A DNA stretch of 61,605 nucleotides, counting the filler. It is 5 parts of 5 records of this genome, joined end to end, with 100 filler letters (N's around TTAATTAATTAA, not from the genome) between each part and the next. Parts side by side here need not be neighbours in the genome. Positions count along the whole stretch, not along the records: positions 33,361 to 43,817 come from DRR723986_19034; positions 43,918 to 61,605 come from DRR723986_19036; 3 more parts are not named here. The stretch is one strand, 5' to 3'. A program made the translations under genes and the position numbers. Below are positions 37,351 to 47,604 of this stretch, piece after piece. The notes below the pieces were generated by a model. It ran no database searches, was not told the DNA's origin, and saw only the letters and a program-made list of their open reading frames with translations. Each line of letters opens with the position of its first letter. Position 1 is the stretch's first letter.

Positions 37351-39317
37351 TATTTTCTCCCGCGCTTACGACCGCCACCCGCGCTTTTGCCGCTGCTTTT
37401 GCTTGAACCTGAGGAACGTACCGAAGACCCGGAGCGACTGCCGGAAGACTTGGAGCTGCCAACATTGCCGCTGCGTGGCCGGCTGGAAGTCGCCGCCGAT
37501 GAGCGTCGTGACTTGGAGCTGCCGACATTGCTGTTGCGCGAGCTGCCGCTGCGCACTTTAGCATTGCCGGATTTAGGCTTGCTGCTGCGCGTTTGTGTGC
37601 TGCTGCGTGTATTTGCTCCGTTGGGCGCCTGCCGCGTGCTGCTGCCGTTCTGCATGGCACCCGAGTTTGTGGAGCGACTGCGATTTGTTTGTGATGTTGA
37701 AGAGCCACTGCGGCTGGAGCCGAAAGTGCTGCTGCCAACGTCGCTGGAGTTAGGTCGCTGAGATGTTGCTGCGCCGGTGTTAACATCTGTAGAGCGCGCG
37801 GCTCCGCGATTGCGTGAGCCATTTGCAGGCGTTGACTGCACGTTGGAGCGCGATGAACGCGACTGCCTGCGTGCATTATTGTAGTTGGCGCGGTCTCTGG
37901 CAGAGCCCGTTACGCCCGCTCCGCTCGGCTGTGTTGTTGTCGTATTTGTGTTGCCGCGAACTGCAGGAGCAAGTGCGCCCTGACTGCGGTTGCGTGAGAA
38001 AGTGTCGGCTGCACGCGGGTTGACGTCGGCACTAACATCACTGGAAGAACTTCTGACGTTGCCACCAAAGTTGCTTCCGCTGCTGCGTGTGCTTGCAACA
38101 TCGCTGTTGGCTGAGCGCATGCGCGGGGAGCGCGGCTGCGCTGACTGTACGGTTCCCGCATTGACATTCGTGCCGCTGTTGCGGCCTGTAGCGACGTTTG
38201 CGTCATTGGTACTGCCGCTGATCGACGAACGTGTACGCGGTGACGCCGCTGAGCCAAACTGGGAAGTACTTGCGCCGGCGGCGCGAGGGTTGACCTCGGC
38301 AGAGCTGCGCTCTGCGGCCGAAGGTACGCCGTTTGGAGTTTCGGCCAGACGGACGCGTCCGCCGCCGCCGGAACCACTATTGTTTCCAACTCCCGAATTT
38401 GCACCGAAATTACGGTGTGTGCGCCCGCTTCTGGGCCTGTCTGGCTCATGATCACCATAGTGACGATGTCCATAATGATGTCCACCCCAGTATCCGCCGT
38501 GGCGATGGCCCCAATGTCCGCCCCAATAGCCGCCCCAATAGCCGCTATGATATCCCAGGAAACCGCGACTGTAGTATGGCGGGCACCATGGATCGTAAAA
38601 ACCATCGTAGAACCATGGATCACAGATCCAGGCACGGCTGCTCCAGGCGCGATGTCCAATAAATGGACGGTAGCAGTAGTAGTCGTCCCAGTAATTGAAA
38701 CGATAGTGTGCCGCGCTCCAGAGGCTGTGTGGATGTCCAAAACCCAGATGAAATGACCATGTAGGGCGATAGTTAAAGGCGTGATGCCGCGGACCAAACG
38801 ACGCGGCATGCACATTGCTGCCGTAGTAGTTCGGATCCGAGTAGTCGTAATAGTTTTCTATGTAAACGTTAGCGCCTTCGTTGAAATTCGGATCGGCACT
38901 GTAGTTGATATTTTCACTTTGGCCAACGCTGTAATTCTGGTCGTTGTAGTAATTCTCAGCGTTGTAATACTGGTCATTCTGCTGACCGAATTGCTCTTGT
39001 GGCTGCTGCATCTCAGCATCCCAGTCGCGCATCTCAGCTGCCTGACCGGCGCGGGCATTGACGTTGTCGCTTGTATAGTAATTCCCGTCGGCACCGCCAT
39101 TGGCTGGTGCATCCGGTGCCGGCGTGGAGACCGGCGCATCTGCCACTTCAAGATCGGCAGCGGGGTATTCCTTGGCTCTGTCCGGATCATTGCTGTAGCC
39201 AAAGTAGGAGTTTTGGCGCGCACCGGCGTCGCTGGAGCAGGCCTGCAGGCCTCCCAGGAAGAGCACGCTGCCTGCAAGAATCAGAAAGGGGCGCAAAAGT
39301 AGTCGCTGTAGTTGCAT
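37350..39317 (-). CDS. Low-complexity lipoprotein (Y/W/G/H-rich core, S/R/G/N-rich disordered tail)
   Basis: ATG 39317 after GAGG; lipobox LQAC; stop overlaps the FadL start. Confidence 0.75.
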   Translation of the reverse strand: MQLQRLLLRPFLILAGSVLFLGGLQACSSDAGARQNSYFGYSNDPDRAKEYPAADLEVADAPVSTPAPDAPANGGADGNYYTSDNVNARAGQAAEMRDWDAEMQQPQEQFGQQNDQYYNAENYYNDQNYSVGQSENINYSADPNFNEGANVYIENYYDYSDPNYYGSNVHAASFGPRHHAFNYRPTWSFHLGFGHPHSLWSAAHYRFNYWDDYYCYRPFIGHRAWSSRAWICDPWFYDGFYDPWCPPYYSRGFLGYHSGYWGGYWGGHWGHRHGGYWGGHHYGHRHYGDHEPDRPRSGRTHRNFGANSGVGNNSGSGGGGRVRLAETPNGVPSAAERSSAEVNPRAAGASTSQFGSAASPRTRSSISGSTNDANVATGRNSGTNVNAGTVQSAQPRSPRMRSANSDVASTRSSGSNFGGNVRSSSSDVSADVNPRAADTFSRNRSQGALAPAVRGNTNTTTTQPSGAGVTGSARDRANYNNARRQSRSSRSNVQSTPANGSRNRGAARSTDVNTGAATSQRPNSSDVGSSTFGSSRSGSSTSQTNRSRSTNSGAMQNGSSTRQAPNGANTRSSTQTRSSKPKSGNAKVRSGSSRNSNVGSSKSRRSSAATSSRPRSGNVGSSKSSGSRSGSSVRSSGSSKSSGKSAGGGRKRGRK

Positions 39318-39474
39318 AATATTACCTCGCTTGTGTGGGCCGCTTGAAACAACAGCGTCCTGGTGTGTGCCGGGAACCTCTGTTGATGTGAGCGCAATGT
39401 CGGGAAGTTTCCCGCTCCCTGAAAGGGGCACTGAACAGGCGGAAGCCGCCGATGTATAGATGGTCATCCTGACT

Positions 39475-40182
39475 CTATCGCTGACGAGCACCCCGGCGGT
39501 ATGTTTCCGCCAGCTGCTCGATAGGGCGTCCCATTTTCCAGCCCAGGAAGAGCCTGATGTTGAGCAACATTTGTCGCCACGGGCCATGAATCTCAAAACG
39601 GCGCGCCGACGCAAAGACTTTCAGCTCCAGGAATTTGAGTCGCGTGCGGCGGCGCACCTCAGCCAAAAGCAGCACATCCTCAAACAGCGGCACTTCCGCA
39701 AATTCGCCGCAACGCATATACAAATCGCGCCGAATTACCAGCCCCTGATCCCCAAAGCGCGTCAGCGCACTGTCAATCCGTGCCGCCAAAGCAAACAGAC
39801 GCAGAGACCAGCGCTGACTGTCAAACTGCAAACGAAACGTCGCGGCTTCTAGTTCTCCAGACTCAAAGCGGGCCGGCAACGCTGCCCAAACCTGCGGCAG
39901 CGCGCTGTCCATACGGCTGTCGGCATGTAAAAACACCAGAATTCCGGCATCCGTGGCGCGCGCACCACAACGCATCTGCGTGCCACGACCTGCGCGGCTG
40001 TGCACCAGCCGGACTGCCGCGTGGCGCTGGGCAATTGCGCTGACAATCTCACAGGTGCCGTCGCGGCTGCCGCCGTCCACAACGACAATTTCCACATCGG
40101 GCAGGGGCAGTAACTGATCTATCAGGGGTGGCAGCCGGGCTGCTTCGTCCAGAGCCGGGATGATAAATGCTGTTCGGGGCAT
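39475..40182 (-). CDS. GT2 glycosyltransferase (TIGR04283-like)
   Basis: IIPALDEA, VDGGSRD, FLHAD, FGDQGL, FED and SARRF motifs. Confidence 0.85.
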   Translation of the reverse strand: MPRTAFIIPALDEAARLPPLIDQLLPLPDVEIVVVDGGSRDGTCEIVSAIAQRHAAVRLVHSRAGRGTQMRCGARATDAGILVFLHADSRMDSALPQVWAALPARFESGELEAATFRLQFDSQRWSLRLFALAARIDSALTRFGDQGLVIRRDLYMRCGEFAEVPLFEDVLLLAEVRRRTRLKFLELKVFASARRFEIHGPWRQMLLNIRLFLGWKMGRPIEQLAETYRRGARQR

Positions 40183-40421
40183 GTCCGCAATGAATTCCAG
40201 ATCAAAAGGCTAGAAAAGCGAGACCTTCGCTCTTGCCGAAGTGACGGCAAAAATGTAACTTGCGTGCTTGTGATTCCCAGGCTGCGGGCGTGCCGCTCGA
40301 CGGTGCCAAGCGCAGGCAGGGCTCACAAGGCTTCTCCGCGAAATTTGACGATTCAAACTATTGTGGTTTCTAGGGCATTTTAAGCCCGACAGACCGGCAT
40401 GTGAACTGAGAGCAGAGCTTT

Positions 40422-41759
40422 ATGTCCAAACACCCCAAATTGGTCATTCCAGCAATCAAGAATTTGAGCGACATTGATGTCTATCTGGCAAATGGCGGCT
40501 TCGATGCCTATCGCAAGGCCGTTGCTACCAGCCCGGATGAAGTCATCAACGTCGTCAAGGCGTCCAATTTGCGTGGTCGCGGTGGTGCCTGTTTCCCGAC
40601 CGGCCTGAAGTGGAGCTTCATGCCCAAGGATACGGACAAGCCCAAATACCTCGTCATCAACGGTGATGAGTCGGAACCCGGCTCCTTCAAGGATCGTCAG
40701 ATCTTTGAAGACAATCCGATGCAGATGATCGAAGGTATCATGATTGCCGGATATGCGATGGGCTGCAAAGCCGCCTACATCTATATCCGCGGTGAATACC
40801 ATCGCTGGGTCCGCCTCGTCGAAGAAGCCGTCGCCAAAGCATATGAGCGCGGTTTTATTGGCGAAAAGATGAAGCAGACTTTCGGCAACGATTACATGAT
40901 CGACATTGTCGTTCACAAAGGTGCCGGCGCCTATATCTGTGGTGAAGAGACCTCGATGCTCAATTCGCTGGAAGGTGAGCGCGGATACCCACGTGTCAAG
41001 CCGCCATTCCCGGCGCAAAAAGGTGCCTGGGGCATGCCCACAACCGTCAATAATGTTGAGACGCTGGCCACCGTGCCGCCGATTATCAACATGGGCGGTG
41101 AAGCCTACGCCAAAATCGGTGCGTCCGGCCACCCCGGAACGCTGCTTTTCGGCGTCAGCGGCCACGTCAACAAACCCGGTGTCTACGAACTCGAAACCGG
41201 AATCCCGCTGCGCGAACTCATCGACGATGTCTGCGGCGGCGTCCCCGGCGGCAAAGCCGTCAAGGCCGTGATTCCCGGTGGAAGCTCCATGCCGCCGTTG
41301 ACGGCCGATGAAGTTGATACCGCGTTCATGGACAATGAATCGCTCAAGAAAATTGGCACATACATCGGAACCGGTGGTGTGATGGTAATGGATGAAGACA
41401 CCGATATTCCAGCCGTAACGCTGCGTATCGCACACTTCTACCACCACGAATCCTGCGGACAGTGTACGCCCTGCCGCGAAGGTGCCGGCTGGGTCGAAAA
41501 AGTCCTCAAACGCATCGTGGCGGGCGACGGAACAAGTAAGGACCTGGACTTGCTGATCAGCGTTTGCAATAACATCGACGGCAACACAATCTGTGCACTG
41601 GGTGAGGCGATCGCCTGGCCGGTTCGTGGTTTTGTGACCAAGTTCCGTTCTGAGTTTGAGCAGCGTGTTAAAGCCTCGCGTGACTATGTTCCATTGAACG
41701 TGGTTCACGGTGTAGCGCACCGTGCTGATGTATTTGAAACGACGCAAGTTTCAGCCTGA
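40422..41759 (+). CDS. nuoF: NADH-quinone oxidoreductase subunit F
   Basis: LRGRGGACFPTG, DESEPG, GAYICGEET and ESCGQCTPCREG...C (4Fe-4S) motifs. Confidence 0.95.
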   Translation: MSKHPKLVIPAIKNLSDIDVYLANGGFDAYRKAVATSPDEVINVVKASNLRGRGGACFPTGLKWSFMPKDTDKPKYLVINGDESEPGSFKDRQIFEDNPMQMIEGIMIAGYAMGCKAAYIYIRGEYHRWVRLVEEAVAKAYERGFIGEKMKQTFGNDYMIDIVVHKGAGAYICGEETSMLNSLEGERGYPRVKPPFPAQKGAWGMPTTVNNVETLATVPPIINMGGEAYAKIGASGHPGTLLFGVSGHVNKPGVYELETGIPLRELIDDVCGGVPGGKAVKAVIPGGSSMPPLTADEVDTAFMDNESLKKIGTYIGTGGVMVMDEDTDIPAVTLRIAHFYHHESCGQCTPCREGAGWVEKVLKRIVAGDGTSKDLDLLISVCNNIDGNTICALGEAIAWPVRGFVTKFRSEFEQRVKASRDYVPLNVVHGVAHRADVFETTQVSA

Positions 41760-41787
41760 TTGCGGTGACGCGCATACCTGATAGTTC

Positions 41788-41818
41788 AAAAAGCCGCCCG
41801 GAATCGGGTGGCTTTTTT
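41788..41818 (+). terminator. Rho-independent terminator after nuoF
   Basis: AAAAAGCCGCCCG-GAAT-CGGGTGGCTTTTTT. Confidence 0.85.
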
Positions 41819-41856
41819 GTTGCTGCTAAACATGATTCGCTTCGGAGCCTGGTGTA

Positions 41857-42477
41857 ATGGCAGAATCCGCTACAAAACGGCGAGTTGGTATTTTTGGCGG
41901 GACGTTTAATCCCGTACACATGGGGCATCTTGTTATCGCCGAGCGTTTTGCCGATGCTGCGTCGCTTGATCGTGTTGTCTTCATGCCTGCAAGCGTTTCG
42001 CCGTTTAAGATGCAAGGCAGTGCATCGACCACGGCACCGGCACACCGCCTGGCAATGCTGCAGCGTGCAATTATGGATAATGCGCGTTTTAGTATTGACG
42101 AATGGGAATTGCGTCGTGGCGGGACATCTTATACCATTCAGACCCTGGAATATTTCCAGAAACACTACAAAAATTCGGATCTGCACTTGTTAATCGGTGC
42201 TGATCAGGCGCGCAAGTTTCGCGAGTGGCGTGACTGGCGTCGCATTTTGCATTTGGCGCATCTTTGTATTGTACGCCGTCCCGGTTCGCGGCTGGATGTG
42301 CATGTGCAGCAGGAGTTAACACTTGGCGGCCGTCCGCCGATGCTGGTGGAGTGTCCGCAGCTCGATATTTCATCGACTGATATTCGTCAGCGCATTAACG
42401 CCGGCCAGTCGATCCGATATTTAACGCCCGATTCCGTTGCCGACTATATTCACGAGTATTCCCTGTACCGAAGCTGA
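41857..42477 (+). CDS. nadD: Nicotinate-nucleotide adenylyltransferase
   Basis: GGTFNPVHMGH, SYT, IGAD and ISSTDIR motifs. Confidence 0.93.
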   Translation: MAESATKRRVGIFGGTFNPVHMGHLVIAERFADAASLDRVVFMPASVSPFKMQGSASTTAPAHRLAMLQRAIMDNARFSIDEWELRRGGTSYTIQTLEYFQKHYKNSDLHLLIGADQARKFREWRDWRRILHLAHLCIVRRPGSRLDVHVQQELTLGGRPPMLVECPQLDISSTDIRQRINAGQSIRYLTPDSVADYIHEYSLYRS

Positions 42478-43295
42478 TGAAACGCGCCAAATCTGCACTC
42501 CTTTACGGAATCCTGTTTGCCGTTGCCGCCGGAATGATCTTTCCGATTGGCTGGATGCTGCTGCTTTCCCTGCGCGAACGTCCTCTCAGCGTCGATTCTT
42601 TTTGGGAATTACTGGCTTCGCCGACGGTCTTAACAAATTACATCGATGCCTTGCAGTCCGATGCATTTGATGTCTACGCCTTAAACTCCGTGATTGTCGC
42701 TTCACTTGTCACTTTGGGCAATGTGATTTTCTGCGTGATGGTCGGTTACGCATTCGCACGGCGCAAGTTCCGTGGCAAAAGTTTAATGTTCGCATCCGTG
42801 CTGGGTGTGTTAATTATTCCGCCACATGTTATCATGATTCCGCTCTATCGTTTAATGGTCGAATTCGGCTGGATTAACACGTATTATGCGTTGGTGATTC
42901 CCTGGCTGGTTTCGCCCTTTGGAATATTTTTAGTGCGGCAATACATCATGGCTTTGCCGCCCGAAGTTGAGGACGCCGCCCGTATCGATGGGGCGGGTGA
43001 GTGGCGTGTCTTATTCCGCGTAGTGTTTCCGCTGTGTAAACCGATTATTACGGTTCTGGCCATTTACGTTTTCCTCAGCAACTGGAATTCTTTTCTGTTT
43101 CCTTTTTTGTTTACCAACGACGAATCAATCCGCACGCTTCCGGTGGGCCTTGCTTTTTACCTGGGCAAACAGTCGATAGACTGGGGGCATTTGATGGCGG
43201 GCGCTAGCATTTCCGCACTGCCAATTCTGTTAATGTTTGTAGTATTCCAGCGCCGCATTATCGAAGGTTTAACAGCTGGTGCTCTCAAGGAATAA
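42477..43295 (+). CDS. Carbohydrate ABC transporter permease (MalG-like)
   Basis: GYAFAR, EVEDAARIDGA, WNSFLFP and GLTAGALK motifs; TGATG coupling to nadD. Confidence 0.92.
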   Translation: MKRAKSALLYGILFAVAAGMIFPIGWMLLLSLRERPLSVDSFWELLASPTVLTNYIDALQSDAFDVYALNSVIVASLVTLGNVIFCVMVGYAFARRKFRGKSLMFASVLGVLIIPPHVIMIPLYRLMVEFGWINTYYALVIPWLVSPFGIFLVRQYIMALPPEVEDAARIDGAGEWRVLFRVVFPLCKPIITVLAIYVFLSNWNSFLFPFLFTNDESIRTLPVGLAFYLGKQSIDWGHLMAGASISALPILLMFVVFQRRIIEGLTAGALKE

Positions 43296-43543
43296 TTCGT
43301 TTGTAGTTGCTGTTAAATTCCACAGTTTCTGATCGCATTCCGATCATATTTTGAGTGACTTTTCGAGCACCTTCTGATCGCTTTGAGCTGCCCCTTCACC
43401 TTGCACTTCGCTCCGCACTGCGTTTGGACTCGTGCGTTTCGGTTGCCATCTCAGGCTCTATGATTTTTTTGTTAATTGTTGTGTCCGCAGCAAAGGTCCG
43501 CACTGTCCACGCCAATTCCCAGAGTCAAAACCCGCAGCGTCCA

Positions 43544-43584
43544 CCCCCAGTCTCAGAGCCCCCCCCAGTCTCAGAGCCCCCCCC
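43544..43584 (+). repeat. Tandem 18-bp repeat (about 2.3 copies)
   Basis: CCCCCAGTCTCAGAGCCC at 43544-43561 and 43562-43579. Confidence 0.85.
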
Positions 43585-43817
43585 GACTCAATCAACTCAG
43601 CCCAAAGTCTCAAATTCCCACCGACCCGGCTCAAAGTCTTCCACCTCCAGCCCCGGAACTTTTGGGCTCAAGTTCTCCAATCTCAGTTGCAAGTGGGTAA
43701 GGTGTGAAATTCAGTAATCGTATCGTAGACCGTAACTATACGCTTGCGGCCGGCTGTCTACTACTCAGTGAACCAAGCATGGGGGGCTTGAGGCCATTCC
43801 CAGAGACTTTGGGCTGG

Positions 43818-43917
43818 NNNNNNNNNNNNNNNNNNNNNNNNNNNNNNNNNNNNNNNNNNNNTTAATTAATTAANNNNNNNNNNNNNNNNNNNNNNNNNNN
43901 NNNNNNNNNNNNNNNNN
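43818..43917. other. Artificial contig linker
   Basis: 44 N + TTAATTAATTAA + 44 N. Confidence 0.98.
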
Positions 43918-44613
<696 letters not shown>

Positions 44614-44725
44614 CTAAACACTCTTTTTGTTTAGCAGTCAACTATATAAACAAGAATGTAGCACATGTTTTCTTCTTTCTTACATTTTTGAATTCGAGAA
44701 ATTTTTACCTAGTTCTTAGAATTAT

Positions 44726-44786
44726 CTATTTGGAATTAATCTAATTAAGATTACATTTGTTCCTTATCTAAATTTAATCTAAATAA
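44726..44786 (+). promoter_or_regulatory. Haem-uptake promoter with two putative Fur-type boxes flanking a TAnnTTTG element
   Basis: CTATTTGGAATTAATCTAATTAA (44726-44748), TACATTTG (44752-44759), TTATCTAAATTTAATCTAAATAA (44764-44786). Confidence 0.6.
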
Positions 44787-45637
44787 TGTTAACACGCTAT
44801 CTACCTCTTATCCTTGTAGTTTTGGCTGCATGTTCCGCTCCTTCTAAAGAGGAAGAAACAACCGCCGAGCGTAAGATCATTACTGCTGGCGGTACCATTA
44901 CAGAAGTCGTGGATGCACTAGGATATGGCGATCTTATCATCGCAACCGACATAACCTCGACTTTCCCGGCATCCATGCAGGATCTTCCTTCCATTGGGTA
45001 TAGAAACCAGATCAAAGCAGAAGGGATTCTTGCGCTAGGTCCTGATTTGGTGCTTATAGAAGAAGGTTACCTCAATCCTGATGTAGTGACTCAATTGAAA
45101 GCAGCTCAAGTTAATATTGAGGTTTTCACGAAACCAACTACAGTAGAAGGCACCAAGAAATTGGTCACGGAGTTGGCAACTTTCTTTGAGGAAGAGGATA
45201 AAGGAAAGGAAGTAAATGCCGCAATTGATGCTGATATAGCTGCACTGAACAGCTATTTGGAATCTGAGGAATCTAAGCCAAAAGCAATCTTCGTAATGGC
45301 CCGCGGCCCGGAGACAGTATTTATCGCTGGAGACAAAACCTTTGCAGCAGAAATGTTTGAATTGGCTGAGATCGAAGGAACAGCTACAGGCTTTGACGAA
45401 TTTGCTCCTATGACTCCAGAATCCTTGGTGTCTATGAATCCCGAGTATTTGGTGTTTTTCGAATCAGGAATCCAAAGTGTAGGTGGAAAAGATGGCTTGG
45501 TAGCGATACAAGGAATCGACCAAACCACAGCTTTTAAAGAAAATCAAATCGTTGCTTTAGATGGCCAATACCTTTCCGGTTTTGGACCAAGAGTGGGAAA
45601 AGCAGCATTGGAACTAGCCAAAGCCGTAAGGCAATAA
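44786..45637 (+). CDS. hmuT: Haem ABC transporter substrate-binding lipoprotein
   Basis: Lipobox LAAC; ITEVV.ALG, DITS, IGYR...AEGIL and GFGPR motifs. Confidence 0.85.
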   Translation: MLTRYLPLILVVLAACSAPSKEEETTAERKIITAGGTITEVVDALGYGDLIIATDITSTFPASMQDLPSIGYRNQIKAEGILALGPDLVLIEEGYLNPDVVTQLKAAQVNIEVFTKPTTVEGTKKLVTELATFFEEEDKGKEVNAAIDADIAALNSYLESEESKPKAIFVMARGPETVFIAGDKTFAAEMFELAEIEGTATGFDEFAPMTPESLVSMNPEYLVFFESGIQSVGGKDGLVAIQGIDQTTAFKENQIVALDGQYLSGFGPRVGKAALELAKAVRQ

Positions 45638-45734
45638 TTAAATAAGTATAAGATAAAGCTTAGAAAGTAAAGTTAAAATCAAGCATTGAAGCCGCTTCGG
45701 TCTCCCGTCTTCGGTCTTCCAGCAATATAAATAA

Positions 45735-46793
45735 ATGATCACCGCATTGAATCATACTAAGATCCAGAGTCAAAACCTCACCCTCCTCGGGTTTGGGTTT
45801 GTGTTGGTTTTGGTAGTGCTAGCTTCCCTTTCTTTGGGCGCCTTTAGCATACCATTTCCTCAGACGCTTGCGATCTTATTTGACCAAATCGGTATTCAAC
45901 TAGGAACTTTTGAAGTGCAACAAGCCAATGTGCTTCTCCAAATCCGCATACCTCGTGTCCTGATGGCCATGCTTATAGGAGGAGGGTTAGGAATAGCCGG
46001 CGCAGCATTGCAAGGCATGTTTAGAAATCCTTTGGTAGAACCAGGGTTGATCGGTGTAAGTACAGGATCCGCCTTATTTGCTGTGATTTTCATGGTATTG
46101 GTGCCTACAGTTTCCTCTTTGGCTTGGATCAAAACTCTCGGCTTGCCTCTTTTTGCATTTATTGGAGGTTTGATTTGTGTGACGGCTGTCTATCAACTGT
46201 CAAAATCCCAAGGAAGAACAGATGCTGCAACTTTAATTTTGGCGGGTGTAGCGATCAATGCATTGGCAGCAGCACTAATTGGTTTGGTGCTGTTCTTTGC
46301 AGATGATTCCGCTTTGCGAAGCTTCACTTTCTGGAGTTTAGGAGATCTGGGTGGTGCTACTTGGACAAAGGTCCCAGTAAGCCTGATGCTTATAGGTGTT
46401 CCATCAGTTCTACTATTATTTAATTCTAGACAATTGAATGCGCTAGCGTTAGGAGAGCAAGAAGCTTTCCACATGGGTGTAAACGTGCAGCAAGTTAAAA
46501 TCCGACTGCTTATTTGTAGTGCTTTGGTCGTTGGAGTTGGAGTTTCCATGGTGGGAATGATTGGCTTTGTAGGCTTGGTCGTACCACATTTGATTCGAAT
46601 TCTGTTTGGAGCGGATCATAGACTGGTGTTGCCTGGATCATTTCTTCTAGGTGCGATTTTGTTAAATTTTGCCGATCTCATCGCAAGAGTGATCGTAATT
46701 CCCGCCGAAATGCCTATAGGCGTGATCACCGCACTGATCGGTGCACCATTTTTTATCTGGCTTATTTTCAACCTGAATAAATCCAAAAACTAA
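45735..46793 (+). CDS. hmuU: Haem ABC transporter permease (FecCD family)
   Basis: IRIPR, QGMFRNPLVEPG, GFVGLVVPH and GAPFF motifs. Confidence 0.9.
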   Translation: MITALNHTKIQSQNLTLLGFGFVLVLVVLASLSLGAFSIPFPQTLAILFDQIGIQLGTFEVQQANVLLQIRIPRVLMAMLIGGGLGIAGAALQGMFRNPLVEPGLIGVSTGSALFAVIFMVLVPTVSSLAWIKTLGLPLFAFIGGLICVTAVYQLSKSQGRTDAATLILAGVAINALAAALIGLVLFFADDSALRSFTFWSLGDLGGATWTKVPVSLMLIGVPSVLLLFNSRQLNALALGEQEAFHMGVNVQQVKIRLLICSALVVGVGVSMVGMIGFVGLVVPHLIRILFGADHRLVLPGSFLLGAILLNFADLIARVIVIPAEMPIGVITALIGAPFFIWLIFNLNKSKN

Positions 46794-47602
46794 TGCTTCA
46801 AGCTTCACAAGTACATTTTTGCATTCGCCAAAGACCTATCGTAGATGAGGTTAGTTTGGAATTGAATCCAGGGGAAATTCTAGCAGTGCTAGGCCCAAAT
46901 GGCGCAGGAAAATCAACTTTTTTCAAAATCCTCTCTGGAGAGATCAAATGCAAACATGGTTCTGTGGGCTACAATGGCCACGATATTCATAAACTAAAAG
47001 CCCGTGATTTGGCTGCGGTGAGAGCTGTAATGCCTCAGCATACACAAGTTAATTTTCCATTTACCGTGCAGGAAGTTGTGGAGCTTGGGCTGATCAGCAC
47101 CAAAGTAAAGCAACCGACAAAACTCATTCAAGAGGTTTTGGAAGCTACCAATACTTCCCACTTGAAGGATCAGGTTTTCAATCACCTTTCCGGCGGAGAA
47201 AAGCAGCGTGTGCAACTCGCAAGAGTACTGGTACAAATCTGGGAAACAAAGCCTTTTCCAAGGTATTTGCTCCTTGACGAACCAACTTCCAGCTTGGATA
47301 TTGCGCAGCAACATGCAGTATTGAAAATCCTTCAAACGCTGAAATCAAGGAATATAGGAATCTTGGTAATTCTTCATGAGCTGAACCTTGCGGCACAATA
47401 CGCAGATAAAATTGCCTTGCTGAAAAACGGCATGATCGCAAAAGCAGGAACGGTAAAAGAAGTATTAGAGGAAGAAATCCTAGAATACGTTTTTGATCAC
47501 CCGATTCAATTAATTCAAAACCCTGTTACAGGTGGACTCCTCATATCAGCAACCGCACAGGCACAGGTACAAACATCCATACCCACATTTAAACAAGCGT
47601 AA
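46793..47602 (+). CDS. hmuV: Haem ABC transporter ATP-binding protein
   Basis: GPNGAGKST, LSGGEKQRVQLARVL.Q and LLDEPT motifs. Confidence 0.9.
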   Translation: MLQASQVHFCIRQRPIVDEVSLELNPGEILAVLGPNGAGKSTFFKILSGEIKCKHGSVGYNGHDIHKLKARDLAAVRAVMPQHTQVNFPFTVQEVVELGLISTKVKQPTKLIQEVLEATNTSHLKDQVFNHLSGGEKQRVQLARVLVQIWETKPFPRYLLLDEPTSSLDIAQQHAVLKILQTLKSRNIGILVILHELNLAAQYADKIALLKNGMIAKAGTVKEVLEEEILEYVFDHPIQLIQNPVTGGLLISATAQAQVQTSIPTFKQA

Positions 47603-47604
47603 CA

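Noticed and set aside
37331-39302. Many overlapping alternative ORFs across the low-complexity lipoprotein
   Set aside because: Expected from stop-poor repetitive codons. Only the frame with an RBS, a lipobox and coupling to FadL is credible.
39318-39614. 99-aa N-terminal extension of the 754-aa ORF
   Set aside because: It overlaps the glycosyltransferase gene; ATG 39317 has an RBS and a proper signal peptide.
39475-40182. Arsenosugar or radical-SAM pathway suggested by the TIGR04283-like glycosyltransferase
   Set aside because: No partner radical-SAM, methyltransferase or second transferase gene is nearby, so a pathway cannot be supported.
40380-41747. 455-aa ORF antisense to nuoF
   Set aside because: Codon-aligned shadow of a conserved gene, with no motifs of its own.
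43355-43717. Pro/Ser-rich ORFs over the C-rich repeat region
   Set aside because: All three forward frames are open only because of base skew; there is no RBS or protein-like signature.
10018-43917. Four recurring TTAATTAATTAA palindromes and abrupt composition shifts that could look like island boundaries
   Set aside because: They sit in identical 100-nt N-padded linkers and are concatenation artefacts. No gene linkage across them is meaningful.
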